A stretch of DNA of 63,740 nt, the filler included, from Candidatus Fermentibacterota bacterium (lineage in GTDB: Bacteria > JAFGKV01): assembly GCA_016928395.1 (NCBI GenBank). It is 4 parts of 4 records of this genome, joined end to end, with 100 filler letters (N's around TTAATTAATTAA, not from the genome) between each part and the next. Parts side by side here need not be neighbours in the genome. Positions count along the whole stretch, not along the records: positions 1 to 20,428 come from JAFGKV010000011.1; positions 20,529 to 42,682 come from JAFGKV010000099.1; 2 more parts are not named here. One strand, written 5' to 3'. The notes under the pieces are model-generated. The model searched no databases. It worked only from the letters and a program-made list of their open reading frames with translations, and had not been told where the DNA came from. Shown here one piece after another: positions 11,186 through 20,965 of this stretch. Every line of letters starts with the position of its first letter. Positions within the stretch are counted from its first letter, which is position 1. The position numbers were made by a program, and so were the translations under genes.

Positions 11186-12745
11186 CTACTGGTTCGGCTC
11201 CTGGCGGACATCGAGAAGATCGGCGAGAATGCGGGCCACTCGGGCATAGTAACTGCCGTTGGGATGCCCATCCAAGGCTACGACCATATCGTCGTCGGGA
11301 GGGTTCAGACCATGATCGGCAAGAATGATGACCCTGATTCCCCTTGCCGTCAGCTCCCGCACCAGAGCCCTGCTGCGCGGATCACGATTCGGCCACAAGA
11401 ACACGATGAACTCCCCATCAAACTGGCGGTGGTACTCCCTCGCACTCTCGCTCAGAATCGCGACGGTGAGCTCGACGCCACGCCGGTAGTACAGAACTTC
11501 CTTGTAAGAGAACGCCAGGTCCAGGCGCGTCATCAACCGATCCAGCGTCCGCGATGACTGCACGAGGTCAACGAGTCTCACCGACGCTGGCCTGGCCTCG
11601 GCGAAGGAACCGGCGCGGGCGAGCCCGGCCTCCTTCAGAATATAGCAGGGGGCAAACCGGCCCCACTTCAGGAAGATATACGAACCGATGGCGCGGTCCA
11701 CGTGGAAGGCGTGGAGCCCGTAGAGCATGACGCCTGAGTGTTCAGAGATCTCATCGGCGAGGGCACCTGATTCCAGCAGGGCATACATGTGCTGCGGGCC
11801 CCATCCTCCGAGCCCGTAATTGTAGACCCGAAAGGAGCGAGTCTCAGATGCGAAATGAGACGGAAGGGTCTCTCCATCGTCAACACCCTGGCCGAACACA
11901 AAGGAACATCCCATGAAGGCGGCATGACGCAGGCGTGGCCCGGGTGTACGATCCACAGTCACGCGGCGAGAGAACTCGTCGGCGGTCACCGCCACGTCAT
12001 ATCCCTGCCGAGAGCCCTTCCACATGGAAGCGCGGCCCGCATACCCAGCCACTGGTCGGTGACCCAACGCGTCGTCGCGAGCAAGAAAGGGTTCTGGGTT
12101 CAGGGAAACCACGGTGTCGGGCGTTCCCATAGACTGAATCCCGTCCAGAGAGACCAGGAGCAGAAAGGGTGACGCCAGTGCGATACACCACGGTGCAAGA
12201 CCGGGCGTAACGATGGCCGAATCCACGGCAACGATCACGAGGGTGATCAACGCCATGGGCAAAGGCGGAAGAAGACTGAAACGCTCATCCCACAGCGCAA
12301 GGGCAAGTGGGAGGAAGAGGGGCAAGTATCGGATAACCATCAAGCCGCCCGTGTGCTGGCGAAGAAACTGTCGCACCGCCGCGCTAGTGACTCCAAGCAC
12401 TGCCGCGAAAACCGCCAAAGCCGCGAGCTTGAGCGGTGCGGATAGGATCCCGACGCGAGCCCTTGCCACAATGACGGCGGTGTACAGAACCAGGACGCTT
12501 CCACGGTAGAACAAATCGTGATGGCGACTTGATGTGCCTGTGCTGTGGTTTGTCACTGGAAACCCACCGGCCACCGTCGCGGCCCGCGCAGTCTCGGATG
12601 GTCGTTCATCGGCGTCCCGCATCTGGGAGGGAGACACCTGTGTCCGCCATGCGGTGGATTCCTCGGGGAAGCAGCTCTTGCCAGGCGAGGGCACGAAGCG
12701 CCGTAAGCCAAGGAGGCAATCTCTTCGCGCTTTCGGCCACTCCAC
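11186..12745 (-). CDS. Membrane-anchored SGNH-fold protein, paralogue of 6090..7541
   Basis: GCSFVFGQ, ETLP, NYGLGGWGPQH, HVDRAIG, DGHPN; true start probably downstream of 12745 (about 12556). Confidence 0.7.
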   Translation of the reverse strand: MEWPKARRDCLLGLRRFVPSPGKSCFPEESTAWRTQVSPSQMRDADERPSETARAATVAGGFPVTNHSTGTSSRHHDLFYRGSVLVLYTAVIVARARVGILSAPLKLAALAVFAAVLGVTSAAVRQFLRQHTGGLMVIRYLPLFLPLALALWDERFSLLPPLPMALITLVIVAVDSAIVTPGLAPWCIALASPFLLLVSLDGIQSMGTPDTVVSLNPEPFLARDDALGHRPVAGYAGRASMWKGSRQGYDVAVTADEFSRRVTVDRTPGPRLRHAAFMGCSFVFGQGVDDGETLPSHFASETRSFRVYNYGLGGWGPQHMYALLESGALADEISEHSGVMLYGLHAFHVDRAIGSYIFLKWGRFAPCYILKEAGLARAGSFAEARPASVRLVDLVQSSRTLDRLMTRLDLAFSYKEVLYYRRGVELTVAILSESAREYHRQFDGEFIVFLWPNRDPRSRALVRELTARGIRVIILADHGLNPPDDDMVVALDGHPNGSYYARVARILADLLDVRQEPNQ

Positions 12746-12970
12746 TGGAGCAGGGTGCCTGATGCGCGAGAATCAATCTCCCCGGAAGGGGATGGCGCCG
12801 TGACGAGTTCCGTGCGAAGGAGATGGGTCCGTGTTCGGTCGTACGAGTAGCCTGCACGGCTGAGGTGGTGCGCGGGCGAGATAGTACGGTGACTTCCCCT
12901 TGTCACAGTCCGCACCCGAGTCGCGTACTCCGCCCGTCGCGATGGGTCACACTGCTGCCCCGTGCGGGGA

Positions 12971-14188
12971 TCAGAGCTCGGCATGTAGGCCGCCCTCCTC
13001 TGACCCGATGGTCACACTATCCATACCGGCCGCCAGAGTCTCCGCCACCCAACGATGACCGGCCGGGGTCAGATGGGTGGGATCGTAGAACAGGCGCTCC
13101 CCGGGAGGATGAAGGCGCAAGGGATCAGCGAACACGACATCAAGTTCCGAGGCCATGGCCGCAACGGCGTCGCGGGCGCACAAGCCGGGACCTTCCGCCG
13201 TCTGATAGCTGAGCGGCAGGTAGAGCATCATCCAACGGAAACCATGCGATGTCGCCAATGAGTCCAGCAGTGCGACCCGGCGAGCCAGCCATTCCCTCCG
13301 TGGCGAGTCCCTGTCGCACAGGGAGAGGAGGCAGTCACCGAATGGCACGCTCCGCAAGGCTCGAAGCTCCGCCTCTGGGCCTCTGTGTGCGGCGGAGACG
13401 GCAAGACCCATGCGCAGAACCGCCAGTCGTGCATCAACAAAGGAGACGAGACGGGAATGCCGTGTCATGGAGAACCACGGGCCGCCGGGCTGAGGCGGCT
13501 CTTCCTCCGCCATGGCGGGATCTGGAAACAGAGCCTCCGGCAGCGGTCCGAGCTTGTCCAGCGTATGCCAGGAGAAATGGAAGTGAGGGTTGTCGACATC
13601 GTTCGGGCAGAAGGCCAGCACCACCGCGTCAGGCTCGAACGCGAGACCGTGATCGATGAGCCACGCCATCTGGTTGTGAGTGTTGTAGCCGCCCACCCCG
13701 CCGTTGATGACCTCGATGGAGGGATCGTCACGCCGTAGGATCTCTTCCGCCCTCGAAGCGAACGTCGAATCCTCCGGAACATAGTACCCAAACGTCACCG
13801 AGTCGCCCAAGATGAGCACCCGGCGCGTACCCTCAGGTTTCGGCACGACGCGCTCGGGGCCGCGGACTCCCTGGCTCGAAATGCGATACGTGACCTTTCC
13901 CCGTGGCCCATAGTCGATGGTGGCGGTGGAGTGGGGAAGGAGATCGTAGAGGAGATCCCGGTTGTCGGCAAGGCGGTGGATGGCGCGCCACCGCGATGCG
14001 GCGGCCCAGCGGTACTCCTCCGAGAGGCCGACTCGCCACTGGACAATCCGGATCGTGACCTCTCCCATCACCAAGGCGACCGTCAGCGATCCCAACAGGA
14101 TCGCAACACCCGACAGAACCCGCCGCAGCACTACCGCTCCCCTCATCGCCCTTCGGGCGTGGGCGTTCAGAATCCGGGGTTCAGGCAT
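12971..14188 (-). CDS. SGNH/GDSL hydrolase family protein
   Basis: TM anchor, GDSVTFG, NGGVGGYNT, CPND, DPTHLTPAGH. Confidence 0.85.
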   Translation of the reverse strand: MPEPRILNAHARRAMRGAVVLRRVLSGVAILLGSLTVALVMGEVTIRIVQWRVGLSEEYRWAAASRWRAIHRLADNRDLLYDLLPHSTATIDYGPRGKVTYRISSQGVRGPERVVPKPEGTRRVLILGDSVTFGYYVPEDSTFASRAEEILRRDDPSIEVINGGVGGYNTHNQMAWLIDHGLAFEPDAVVLAFCPNDVDNPHFHFSWHTLDKLGPLPEALFPDPAMAEEEPPQPGGPWFSMTRHSRLVSFVDARLAVLRMGLAVSAAHRGPEAELRALRSVPFGDCLLSLCDRDSPRREWLARRVALLDSLATSHGFRWMMLYLPLSYQTAEGPGLCARDAVAAMASELDVVFADPLRLHPPGERLFYDPTHLTPAGHRWVAETLAAGMDSVTIGSEEGGLHAEL

Positions 14189-14268
14189 TATCTCGCCAAC
14201 CCGGGGTTAAGGGCCGTGCGGGCGGGAGAGTCTCGTCCCAATCCATCCGTGATGACTCCCTCGCTGTC

Positions 14269-16545
14269 CTACCTGCGGATCGACACGGGGAAGCGCTCCT
14301 TCGCCGGGCCGAGAAGGACCGTGAGCACGTACGCGCCGGGGGCTACCTCGCGCGGGATTGTCCAGCAGATCTCGGCTTCACCCCGACCCGCACTGCCGCG
14401 GTAGCGCGCCACGCATCGGCCTCCGAGATCGTACAGCTCGAGGTGAATGAGGGAAGGTTCGGGGATCTCGTACGCCACCCTGATGGTGCCCGCCGAGGGG
14501 TTCGGCGCAGGCCGGCCGATGCGGATCTGAGAAGGATTGATGCCGGCCATGGCGGCGCTGCGGAACGACCATTCGTCTTCGATGGAGAATGACTCCAACC
14601 CTGTGCTGTCCTCCGCGCGAACCCGCCAGTAGTAGGTCAGGCCGATTGCATAGTCGTCGGCAGGGAAGATCACGGTGGTATCCGTCCCGCAGGGAATCCT
14701 GTACGTCAGTTCCTCAGGGAAGCCAGGGTCGTGCGACCAGAGAACTTCATAGGTCACCCGATCCCACGGATCCCCATCTCGAGCCGACTGCCATAGGAGC
14801 CATGGAGGCACACTCGTCACGGCGCCGGAATCGGGGGAGATGAGATGGAATGGCGCCGGGTGTTCCCACAAATCGGGGCCTTCCAGCCGGAAGCTGTCGA
14901 CGCCCCAGCCCAAGGCGCCCTGCATGATGATGCCGGCGCATCGCGGTAAGGGCAGAGACTGCGCAGCCATGCCGGTGGACAGGATCCTATCAGGCATGCC
15001 ATCCCTTAGGGCCCGAACCAGCAGGGCCCCCTCGAACACGAAGGGGAAGGCGCCCAGTCGTGCCCCCGGCGCCAAGGCGCCAAATCGCGAGACCGCCGTA
15101 TCCACCACCGCGCCCAGGACCCCGCTCTCGAGCCGGCAGAGCTCCAGGGTCGCACCGGAACAACGCACGACGAATCCATCGGTGTTCTGGGAGGGCTCCG
15201 CCAACGTGACGAGCCCGACTCGAGCGGTCTCCGAGGCGGGCGCGTCAGACGGAAGCGTGAGTTCCGCCCCCCAAGGCTCGAGTTCACCGACGAAGACCGC
15301 CGGCGGCAACCATGTCGGGAACAGACCGACGGGACGCAACTGCCCGCTCTGCACGTGGTAGCTGTCGCCAAGTTCCCAGGCACCCAAGGAGGGGTCGTCA
15401 TCGAACGCATCTGTCAGGCTATCGTGCGCTGCGAGTGCCACCCATGGCGAGTTGGAGACGCCGGAGATATTCCCCGCGTCATCCGTCACCGTCAGGGCGA
15501 GCCAGTAGGTCATGCCGCCGGGCAGGCCGCCTGCAGTGAGCTGCTGCACGGTGCCCGGGGGGCCGGCGGCCATCGGGCGCATGAGCTCCCATGCAGAGGC
15601 AAACTGAACATCGTCGGTGATGGGCTCGTCCCATACGCGAAACGTGACGTGAGATGCGGTCCCGCTCCAATAGTCGTCACCAGTGACCGTCCACCAGACC
15701 CTCACGCTGTGGGGACCCTGGCCCCAGACGGTGAGGTTGGTGACGGCAGCGGGAGGGGTCGCATCAAGCAATGCGTCAAGATAAGAATGGGCCATGAGGC
15801 CGTAGCCGGTATCATTGGGATGAAGCGCATCGTGCATGGGATCGCCGGGTATGCCCGTGAACAGAAGTGGGTTCTCGATGAATGGCCCGAACTGGTCGCT
15901 CAGCACGAGGTGCACCGGCTGGCCGGTGACCTGCCCGCTGGCCATATCCAACACCATTTCTTCCAGGTACTCGTTGAACCCCATGACCTCCGGGATCTTG
16001 CCCAAGATCGGAATAATCTGACAGAGGACGATCAGCGGGGTCTCAGCCGGGTGGCCGGTATACTGGATGGTGATGTACTGGATGAGTTCGGCGACGTACC
16101 CGGCATAGCTACGGTTCAGAGTCAGTCCACCGTCATAGGAATAGGGCCCCAGGGGTGTTTGGCCGGGGGAGGCCACGTTGTTCGTCCCCAGGTGGATCAG
16201 CAGCACATCAGGATGAAGGTCTTGCAGCGCGGGGCCGATATCGAACTCACCGTTGCCCCAGCCATTCCCGAACGCAGATGGGTAGAACTGCTCAATCATT
16301 GCCCCCTGCTGCATATGACCGGGGTATCGAGGATCGCCGGCCTGGCCGTCTGTATCTCCAACATAGCTGAAGGCGATGCCAAAGTCACCGAGGAGCGACT
16401 CCAGGTCGTCCCGGAAGCCGAGAAGGTTGTAGGAATGATCGCCGTCGGTGATAGAGTCTCCTACGGGCATGATGGTGCCCAGCGTATCCCCTCGGCTCAT
16501 GCCTGCCGATCCGACGAGTATCACAGCCAGCAACACGCAGATCAT
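14269..16545 (-). CDS. Secreted SGNH esterase with FN3-like domains and C-terminal FlgD/T9SS-type sorting domain
   Basis: Signal peptide MICVLLAVIL; GDSITDG, HLGTNN, DALHPN; DATPPAAVTNL...DDAGNISGVSN FN3; YYWRVRAED; C-terminal PNP...LYDLGGR...PGAY. Confidence 0.8.
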   Translation of the reverse strand: MICVLLAVILVGSAGMSRGDTLGTIMPVGDSITDGDHSYNLLGFRDDLESLLGDFGIAFSYVGDTDGQAGDPRYPGHMQQGAMIEQFYPSAFGNGWGNGEFDIGPALQDLHPDVLLIHLGTNNVASPGQTPLGPYSYDGGLTLNRSYAGYVAELIQYITIQYTGHPAETPLIVLCQIIPILGKIPEVMGFNEYLEEMVLDMASGQVTGQPVHLVLSDQFGPFIENPLLFTGIPGDPMHDALHPNDTGYGLMAHSYLDALLDATPPAAVTNLTVWGQGPHSVRVWWTVTGDDYWSGTASHVTFRVWDEPITDDVQFASAWELMRPMAAGPPGTVQQLTAGGLPGGMTYWLALTVTDDAGNISGVSNSPWVALAAHDSLTDAFDDDPSLGAWELGDSYHVQSGQLRPVGLFPTWLPPAVFVGELEPWGAELTLPSDAPASETARVGLVTLAEPSQNTDGFVVRCSGATLELCRLESGVLGAVVDTAVSRFGALAPGARLGAFPFVFEGALLVRALRDGMPDRILSTGMAAQSLPLPRCAGIIMQGALGWGVDSFRLEGPDLWEHPAPFHLISPDSGAVTSVPPWLLWQSARDGDPWDRVTYEVLWSHDPGFPEELTYRIPCGTDTTVIFPADDYAIGLTYYWRVRAEDSTGLESFSIEDEWSFRSAAMAGINPSQIRIGRPAPNPSAGTIRVAYEIPEPSLIHLELYDLGGRCVARYRGSAGRGEAEICWTIPREVAPGAYVLTVLLGPAKERFPVSIRR

Positions 16546-16914
16546 CTTGGCAATTCCTTGCGGGCGGTAGTCCGCGCGGGCGGTAGTCCGCCGCACCTTG
16601 AGCAGTCGAGGGGTACGGCCAGAACGCATGGAACACCCCCACAAGAAGCTGCTATGGGTGGCCTTCTGGCAACCCCACAGAGCGGACGCTGCCACGGTCC
16701 TTGCGTAGTCCTGTGGTCGGCCGGCCTTATCGTGCAGCGGTCTTGCCGCTCCGGTGAGACGTGTGCATCAGAATGCTGCCTCGATCGGGGACTCACGGGG
16801 TCAGTGCTCGCGCTCCCCGATCTTCCGTCTGTGTCATCCATGGGTTCCACTTCGGTTCTCGATCCTCGCGCGTCCAACGTCCTGCTCTGACCCGGCGCCG
16901 CAATCTCTCCGGGA

Positions 16915-16944
16915 TTGACAGTCTCCGCCTACTGACGCCATAAT
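16915..16944 (+). promoter_or_regulatory. Sigma70-like promoter of the DASS operon
   Basis: TTGACA-18-CATAAT about 90 bp upstream of 17033. Confidence 0.5.
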
Positions 16945-17032
16945 GCCAGAGAGGCTTTGACAACCCCCAGAGGGCGGCGGCACCATCGATGGATGCCGAC
17001 CGCCCGGTGTCCTGACTGGTGAAGGAGCGGGA

Positions 17033-18409
17033 ATGAAAGGCTGGAGTCTGAGGCGAGTTCTGTTAGGTATCACGGGGATTCTCTTGGCCGTTCTGGCCTA
17101 TCTAATGCTGGGTTCGCTGCCGCCACGGCAACGTATCATGGCATCGATCTTCATCTTGACCGTGTTTCTCTGGATAACCGAGATCATTCCGATCTTTGTG
17201 ACCGCGGTGCTCTCGGCATTCCTGTGCGCCCTTCTTCTCGGGCAGGGCGCCACGTTGTTCGGCGCACAACCCCTGCCGGCATCGCTCTTCTTCAACCCGT
17301 TTGCCAATACCGTGATTGTGCTGATGTTCGGGGGGTTCGTGCTGGCCCGCGTCTTTTCCCGCAACTACCTCGATGAAGAGTTCTGCGATTTCATCCTGGC
17401 CCGGTTGGGCAACAAGCCGCAGGTCGTGCTCCTGGGGATCATGGGCATAACGGCCGTCATGTCGATGTGGATGTCCAATACGGCCACGACCGCCATCATG
17501 GTGGCCACCGTGCTGCCGGCGGTGCGGGGACTGCGGCCTGGATCCAATCTCGCCAAGGCCCTGATGCTCGGCATCCCCTTCGCGGCCAATATCGGCGGCA
17601 TCGCGACCCCCATCGGCACCCCACCCAATGCCATCGCTTTGGGTCTTTTGGCAGAGCGGGGGTACACGGTCTCGTTCTTTACCTGGATGATCGCGGGGTT
17701 TCCACTCATGGTGGTGGTCCTTCTCATTACCTTCGGACTCACCTGGGCCATGTTTAAGACCACGGTTACAGAGTTCTCTTTGAAGGTCTCTCGGGAGCAT
17801 CCAACCGCCAACCGCGGCATTGTGTATACGACCTTCTTTGCCACCGTGCTGCTCTGGCTGACCGACGCACTCCACCACATCCCCTCCGCCGTGGTGGCGC
17901 TGGTCCCCATGCTCGTCTTCTCCGTTGCGGGGCTCTTCTCCAAGGAGGATCTCCGGCTCATCGCATGGGATATCCTTCTCCTCATCGGGGGTGGCCTCGC
18001 GCTGGGTGCAGGCATCAAGGAGACCGGGCTGGCCGATACCATCGTGCAGTACGCGGTGCCTTCCGGATTTCCCAAATTCGGAGTCATTGCTTTGTTCTCC
18101 TTCTTCATCGCCCTCATCGCGACATTCATGAGCAACACAGCCGCCGCCACCATAGTGCTTCCCATTGCGGTGTCGCTCTCGGGCCAATCGCCGATGATGA
18201 TGATGATCACCGTTGCCATCTGTACCTCGTACGGCATGGCCCTGCCCATCAGCACGCCGCCCAACGCCATCGCATACGGCTCGGAGATGATCCAGTCAAA
18301 AGACATGTTCCGGCTCGGCGCTCTGGTATCCATTGTGGCTGTGATCGTCACTGTAGCCTGGCAAGCGTTGCTGTTTCTCGTTTTCCCGGGGCTTGCCGTC
18401 ACATCCTGA
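17033..18409 (+). CDS. SLC13/DASS family divalent anion:sodium symporter
   Basis: Two SNT motifs (MSNTATT, MSNTAAA), PIGTPPN and PISTPPNAIAY, many TM helices. Confidence 0.92.
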   Translation: MKGWSLRRVLLGITGILLAVLAYLMLGSLPPRQRIMASIFILTVFLWITEIIPIFVTAVLSAFLCALLLGQGATLFGAQPLPASLFFNPFANTVIVLMFGGFVLARVFSRNYLDEEFCDFILARLGNKPQVVLLGIMGITAVMSMWMSNTATTAIMVATVLPAVRGLRPGSNLAKALMLGIPFAANIGGIATPIGTPPNAIALGLLAERGYTVSFFTWMIAGFPLMVVVLLITFGLTWAMFKTTVTEFSLKVSREHPTANRGIVYTTFFATVLLWLTDALHHIPSAVVALVPMLVFSVAGLFSKEDLRLIAWDILLLIGGGLALGAGIKETGLADTIVQYAVPSGFPKFGVIALFSFFIALIATFMSNTAAATIVLPIAVSLSGQSPMMMMITVAICTSYGMALPISTPPNAIAYGSEMIQSKDMFRLGALVSIVAVIVTVAWQALLFLVFPGLAVTS

Positions 18410-18421
18410 AGGAGGAATGCC

Positions 18422-18772
18422 ATGTCACTTTGCGGCAGCTCAAAGCGCGAACACTGCATGAAGTGCGAGAGCGTCGCTATGCTGAACTATGTAATGGTCA
18501 AGCCTGGATGCGATACCGAGGTATTCGTCGAGTGTGCCACCTGCGGCGCATTTGTGGCGCGGTATACTCTTACAACCTACACGTCAGAGGATCCCTACCG
18601 GTCGTACCTGAGGCTCATGCGCAAGAAGCGCAGCGATTCGGGAGCTGCCACGCGGCAGGCCGGCCAGAAGTTCGTGACGGAGGTCTGGGAAGGCTACCGA
18701 CAGGCCAAGGATCTCGTGGCCGACAGTGAGGAAGTCGACCACCTGGAGGAGATCCTGGATCGGACGGAGTAG
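18422..18772 (+). CDS. Small hypothetical zinc-ribbon protein
   Basis: AGGAGG RBS, 12 bp after the transporter stop; CMKC and CATC pairs. Confidence 0.7.
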   Translation: MSLCGSSKREHCMKCESVAMLNYVMVKPGCDTEVFVECATCGAFVARYTLTTYTSEDPYRSYLRLMRKKRSDSGAATRQAGQKFVTEVWEGYRQAKDLVADSEEVDHLEEILDRTE

Positions 18773-18964
18773 GTCTCACTACTTCGGCAGCCTACAGGGT
18801 TCAGGGTTCAGCCGGGCCTGAAGGCAATCCTACTCCGTCAATGCGCCCCCGTCGCCCGCCGGCGGCTCGGGGGCGGCATCGATATTGTAGTTGTAATCGA
18901 CGAGCCGGGGCAGTCGAGCACGAGCTTTGCACGTTCTCTCAAACAAGGGTTCACGGGTCAGGCC

Positions 18965-19020
18965 GGACTGCCGATCGCCGATTGCTGACTGCCGATTGCC
19001 GACAGCCGACAGCTGACTGC
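18965..19020. repeat. Degenerate heptamer tandem repeat (GCCGATT/GCTGACT/GCCGACA)
   Basis: About 8 consecutive 7-mers between convergent genes. Confidence 0.7.
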
Positions 19021-19029
19021 TCTCCTGAC

Positions 19030-19797
19030 TCAAAGACGAACGGAGAATCGAACTGCAGACTCGGTGTTGGACCGGGCCTTGCCTGGAATCGGGACCCGCT
19101 GGTAAATGACGCTATGACCCGTGACAATGCTGACCCGCTGGTTGACCGTGAAGCTCAACGATCCCTCCAGATCCGCGTAGTAGTTGTCGCCTCCCAATAG
19201 AACGGGCTCATAGTCGCCCGTCAGGGATAGGGTGATGTTCTTCATCAGGGGGAGTTGCGTACGAGCCCCTAAGAGCAGGCAATGCTGCCGCTCCTCAGGT
19301 TTGGGGCCTTCCGATTGGCCCCACAGAGCCGTGAACTCGTTCGCCCTGAACTGATAGCCCGCCCGCGTCGTAAACACGTGACCAGATGTCGTATCCCACC
19401 AGCCTTGCACCAATCCGAACCCTACGCGCGCCTGATGGCGGAACCCCCAGACCGGGTTCCGGTAGTAGGTAAGCTTAGCATAGGGCTGAATTGTGGGCGT
19501 AAGGCGCCAGCTCTCCATGATGTCGGCCCTGAAGCTATCGACATCCTTTGCCTGGTTCTTTCTTTCCGAAACATCTCCCCGCACCCCGGCCGTCACGACG
19601 TGATCCATCCACGACAGCTTGAGCGACCCTCCATAGGTATAGTCAATCTTGTCGGTATTGCCCGCCTTCTGAACGAATGACCCCTCAATGCGCAGCTCAG
19701 CCTGCGGAGTGGCCGTATCGCCGGCTTTCGCTTTTCTCGCAGCCGCGGCAGGTACGCTCAGAACACAGGTGAGAATGATGGCTATCCAAAGCTGCAT
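19030..19797 (-). CDS. DUF481-like outer-membrane beta-barrel protein
   Basis: Signal peptide MQLWIAIILTCVLSVPAAAA, GNTD motif, alternating beta-strand pattern. Confidence 0.65.
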   Translation of the reverse strand: MQLWIAIILTCVLSVPAAAARKAKAGDTATPQAELRIEGSFVQKAGNTDKIDYTYGGSLKLSWMDHVVTAGVRGDVSERKNQAKDVDSFRADIMESWRLTPTIQPYAKLTYYRNPVWGFRHQARVGFGLVQGWWDTTSGHVFTTRAGYQFRANEFTALWGQSEGPKPEERQHCLLLGARTQLPLMKNITLSLTGDYEPVLLGGDNYYADLEGSLSFTVNQRVSIVTGHSVIYQRVPIPGKARSNTESAVRFSVRL

Positions 19798-20225
19798 GTC
19801 ACTGCCCTTTCTCTGCCACCCCACCATCACGGAACTCCTCCCCCGGGTGATAGTGTTTTTCAATGCGTGCATTGAGGCCGTGTGTCAAGTCTCGTATCTT
19901 GCGCGTCCTGCGACCAGCGCGCATTGGCAAGCGCCGCAGAGTCAGCATGCGGGGCGTGCTGCAAGCTGTTCACACCCATTGTCCACTCTAAAGGACAGTA
20001 TTCCTGGAGAAGTCATCCATCCTGCAATGGAGGCACGCCTGCATGACCGGCACCGGCGTCGGGGCCGCAACACGTTCGCCGGTGGCGGCCAGTCTTGCCC
20101 TTGAGTGGCATGGCGGTTGCATTCATTGAATGGGCTGCTACGGTGTTTCTTGTGACGCGCATCGTCGACGTACACAATCACGGCGGCGTGTCACCGGAGT
20201 TCGGTGTCCTAACAAGGAGGAAACC

Positions 20226-20428
20226 TTGATCAGATCGATACTCAGCCTGGGGCTCATCGTCGGGGTCCTGGCAGTCTCTGCCTCGGCAGGGCTGTACTAT
20301 GAGGCGGTCACCTCGACCCAAGGCAAGGGTTCTGGCGACATGGGGAACATGAAGGTCAAAGCCTGGGCAGACGGCGACAACGGCAAGGTGGAGTTTGCCG
20401 AGAGCAAGAACGATATGATGGGGAAAGG
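20226..20428 (+). CDS. Secreted protein (DUF4412-like), 5' part, cut by gap
   Basis: AAGGAGG RBS then TTG; signal peptide ...VLAVSASA; runs into the Ns. Confidence 0.55.
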
Positions 20429-20528
20429 NNNNNNNNNNNNNNNNNNNNNNNNNNNNNNNNNNNNNNNNNNNNTTAATTAATTAANNNNNNNNNNNNNNNN
20501 NNNNNNNNNNNNNNNNNNNNNNNNNNNN
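20429..20528. other. Artificial contig-join linker
   Basis: N44-TTAATTAATTAA-N44, with stops in all frames. Confidence 0.97.
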
Positions 20529-20580
20529 CAAAGGCATGGTCGAGACACCATTCCCCACCACCGCCTCCACGTGCTCCGCC

Positions 20581-20636
20581 AAGTCGGCATAATCCTGAAG
20601 TCGGCATAATGGCGGTTATGCCGACATCGGCATAAT
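20581..20636. mobile_element. Tyrosine-recombinase-type element end (RIT-like or dif-like inverted repeat)
   Basis: CGGCATAA repeated with a 9-bp gap (20585, 20602); perfect palindrome GTCGGCATAA-6bp-TTATGCCGAC (20600-20625); further CGGCATAA at 20628; abuts the integrase RH codons. Confidence 0.55.
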
Positions 20637-20792
20637 CGGCACTCGTTTGCGACGCATCTTCTCGAGTCCGGGTACGATATCCGGATGGTGCAGGAGCTCC
20701 TTGGTCACAAGGACGTCCGGACGACCATGGTGTACACGCATGTCCTGAACCGCGGGGGGCGCGGTGTGCGAAGCCCGATGGACGCTCTGTGA
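20637..20792 (+). pseudogene. intI: Integron integrase C-terminal fragment
   Basis: Own translation [51 protein letters not shown], typical IntI C-terminus; in-frame TAA at 20607 upstream. Confidence 0.88.
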
Positions 20793-20965
20793 GGCTGGTA
20801 GTGGGTGTCATACGGATCTGCATATCACGCATCCCTGGCTTGCCGGGGAGGAGGTGAATGCCATATGCTACAGAGTGAAACTGCATCCCAGTGGCAGTGC
20901 GCAATGAGTGTTATGCGGCCGGCGGGGCGCAACGCTCTACCCGTAACCAGGAGCCATTCGCAACC

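Noticed and set aside
15355-16890. 511-aa plus-strand ORF
   Set aside because: Antisense shadow of the well-supported SGNH-FN3 gene; no recognisable motifs
17102-18459. Two minus-strand ORFs of about 360 aa
   Set aside because: Antisense shadows of the DASS transporter, typical of high-GC DNA
20473-20484. TTAATTAATTAA palindrome (also in the other two gaps) as a biological site
   Set aside because: Identical, centred in 100-nt N blocks; an assembly or concatenation linker
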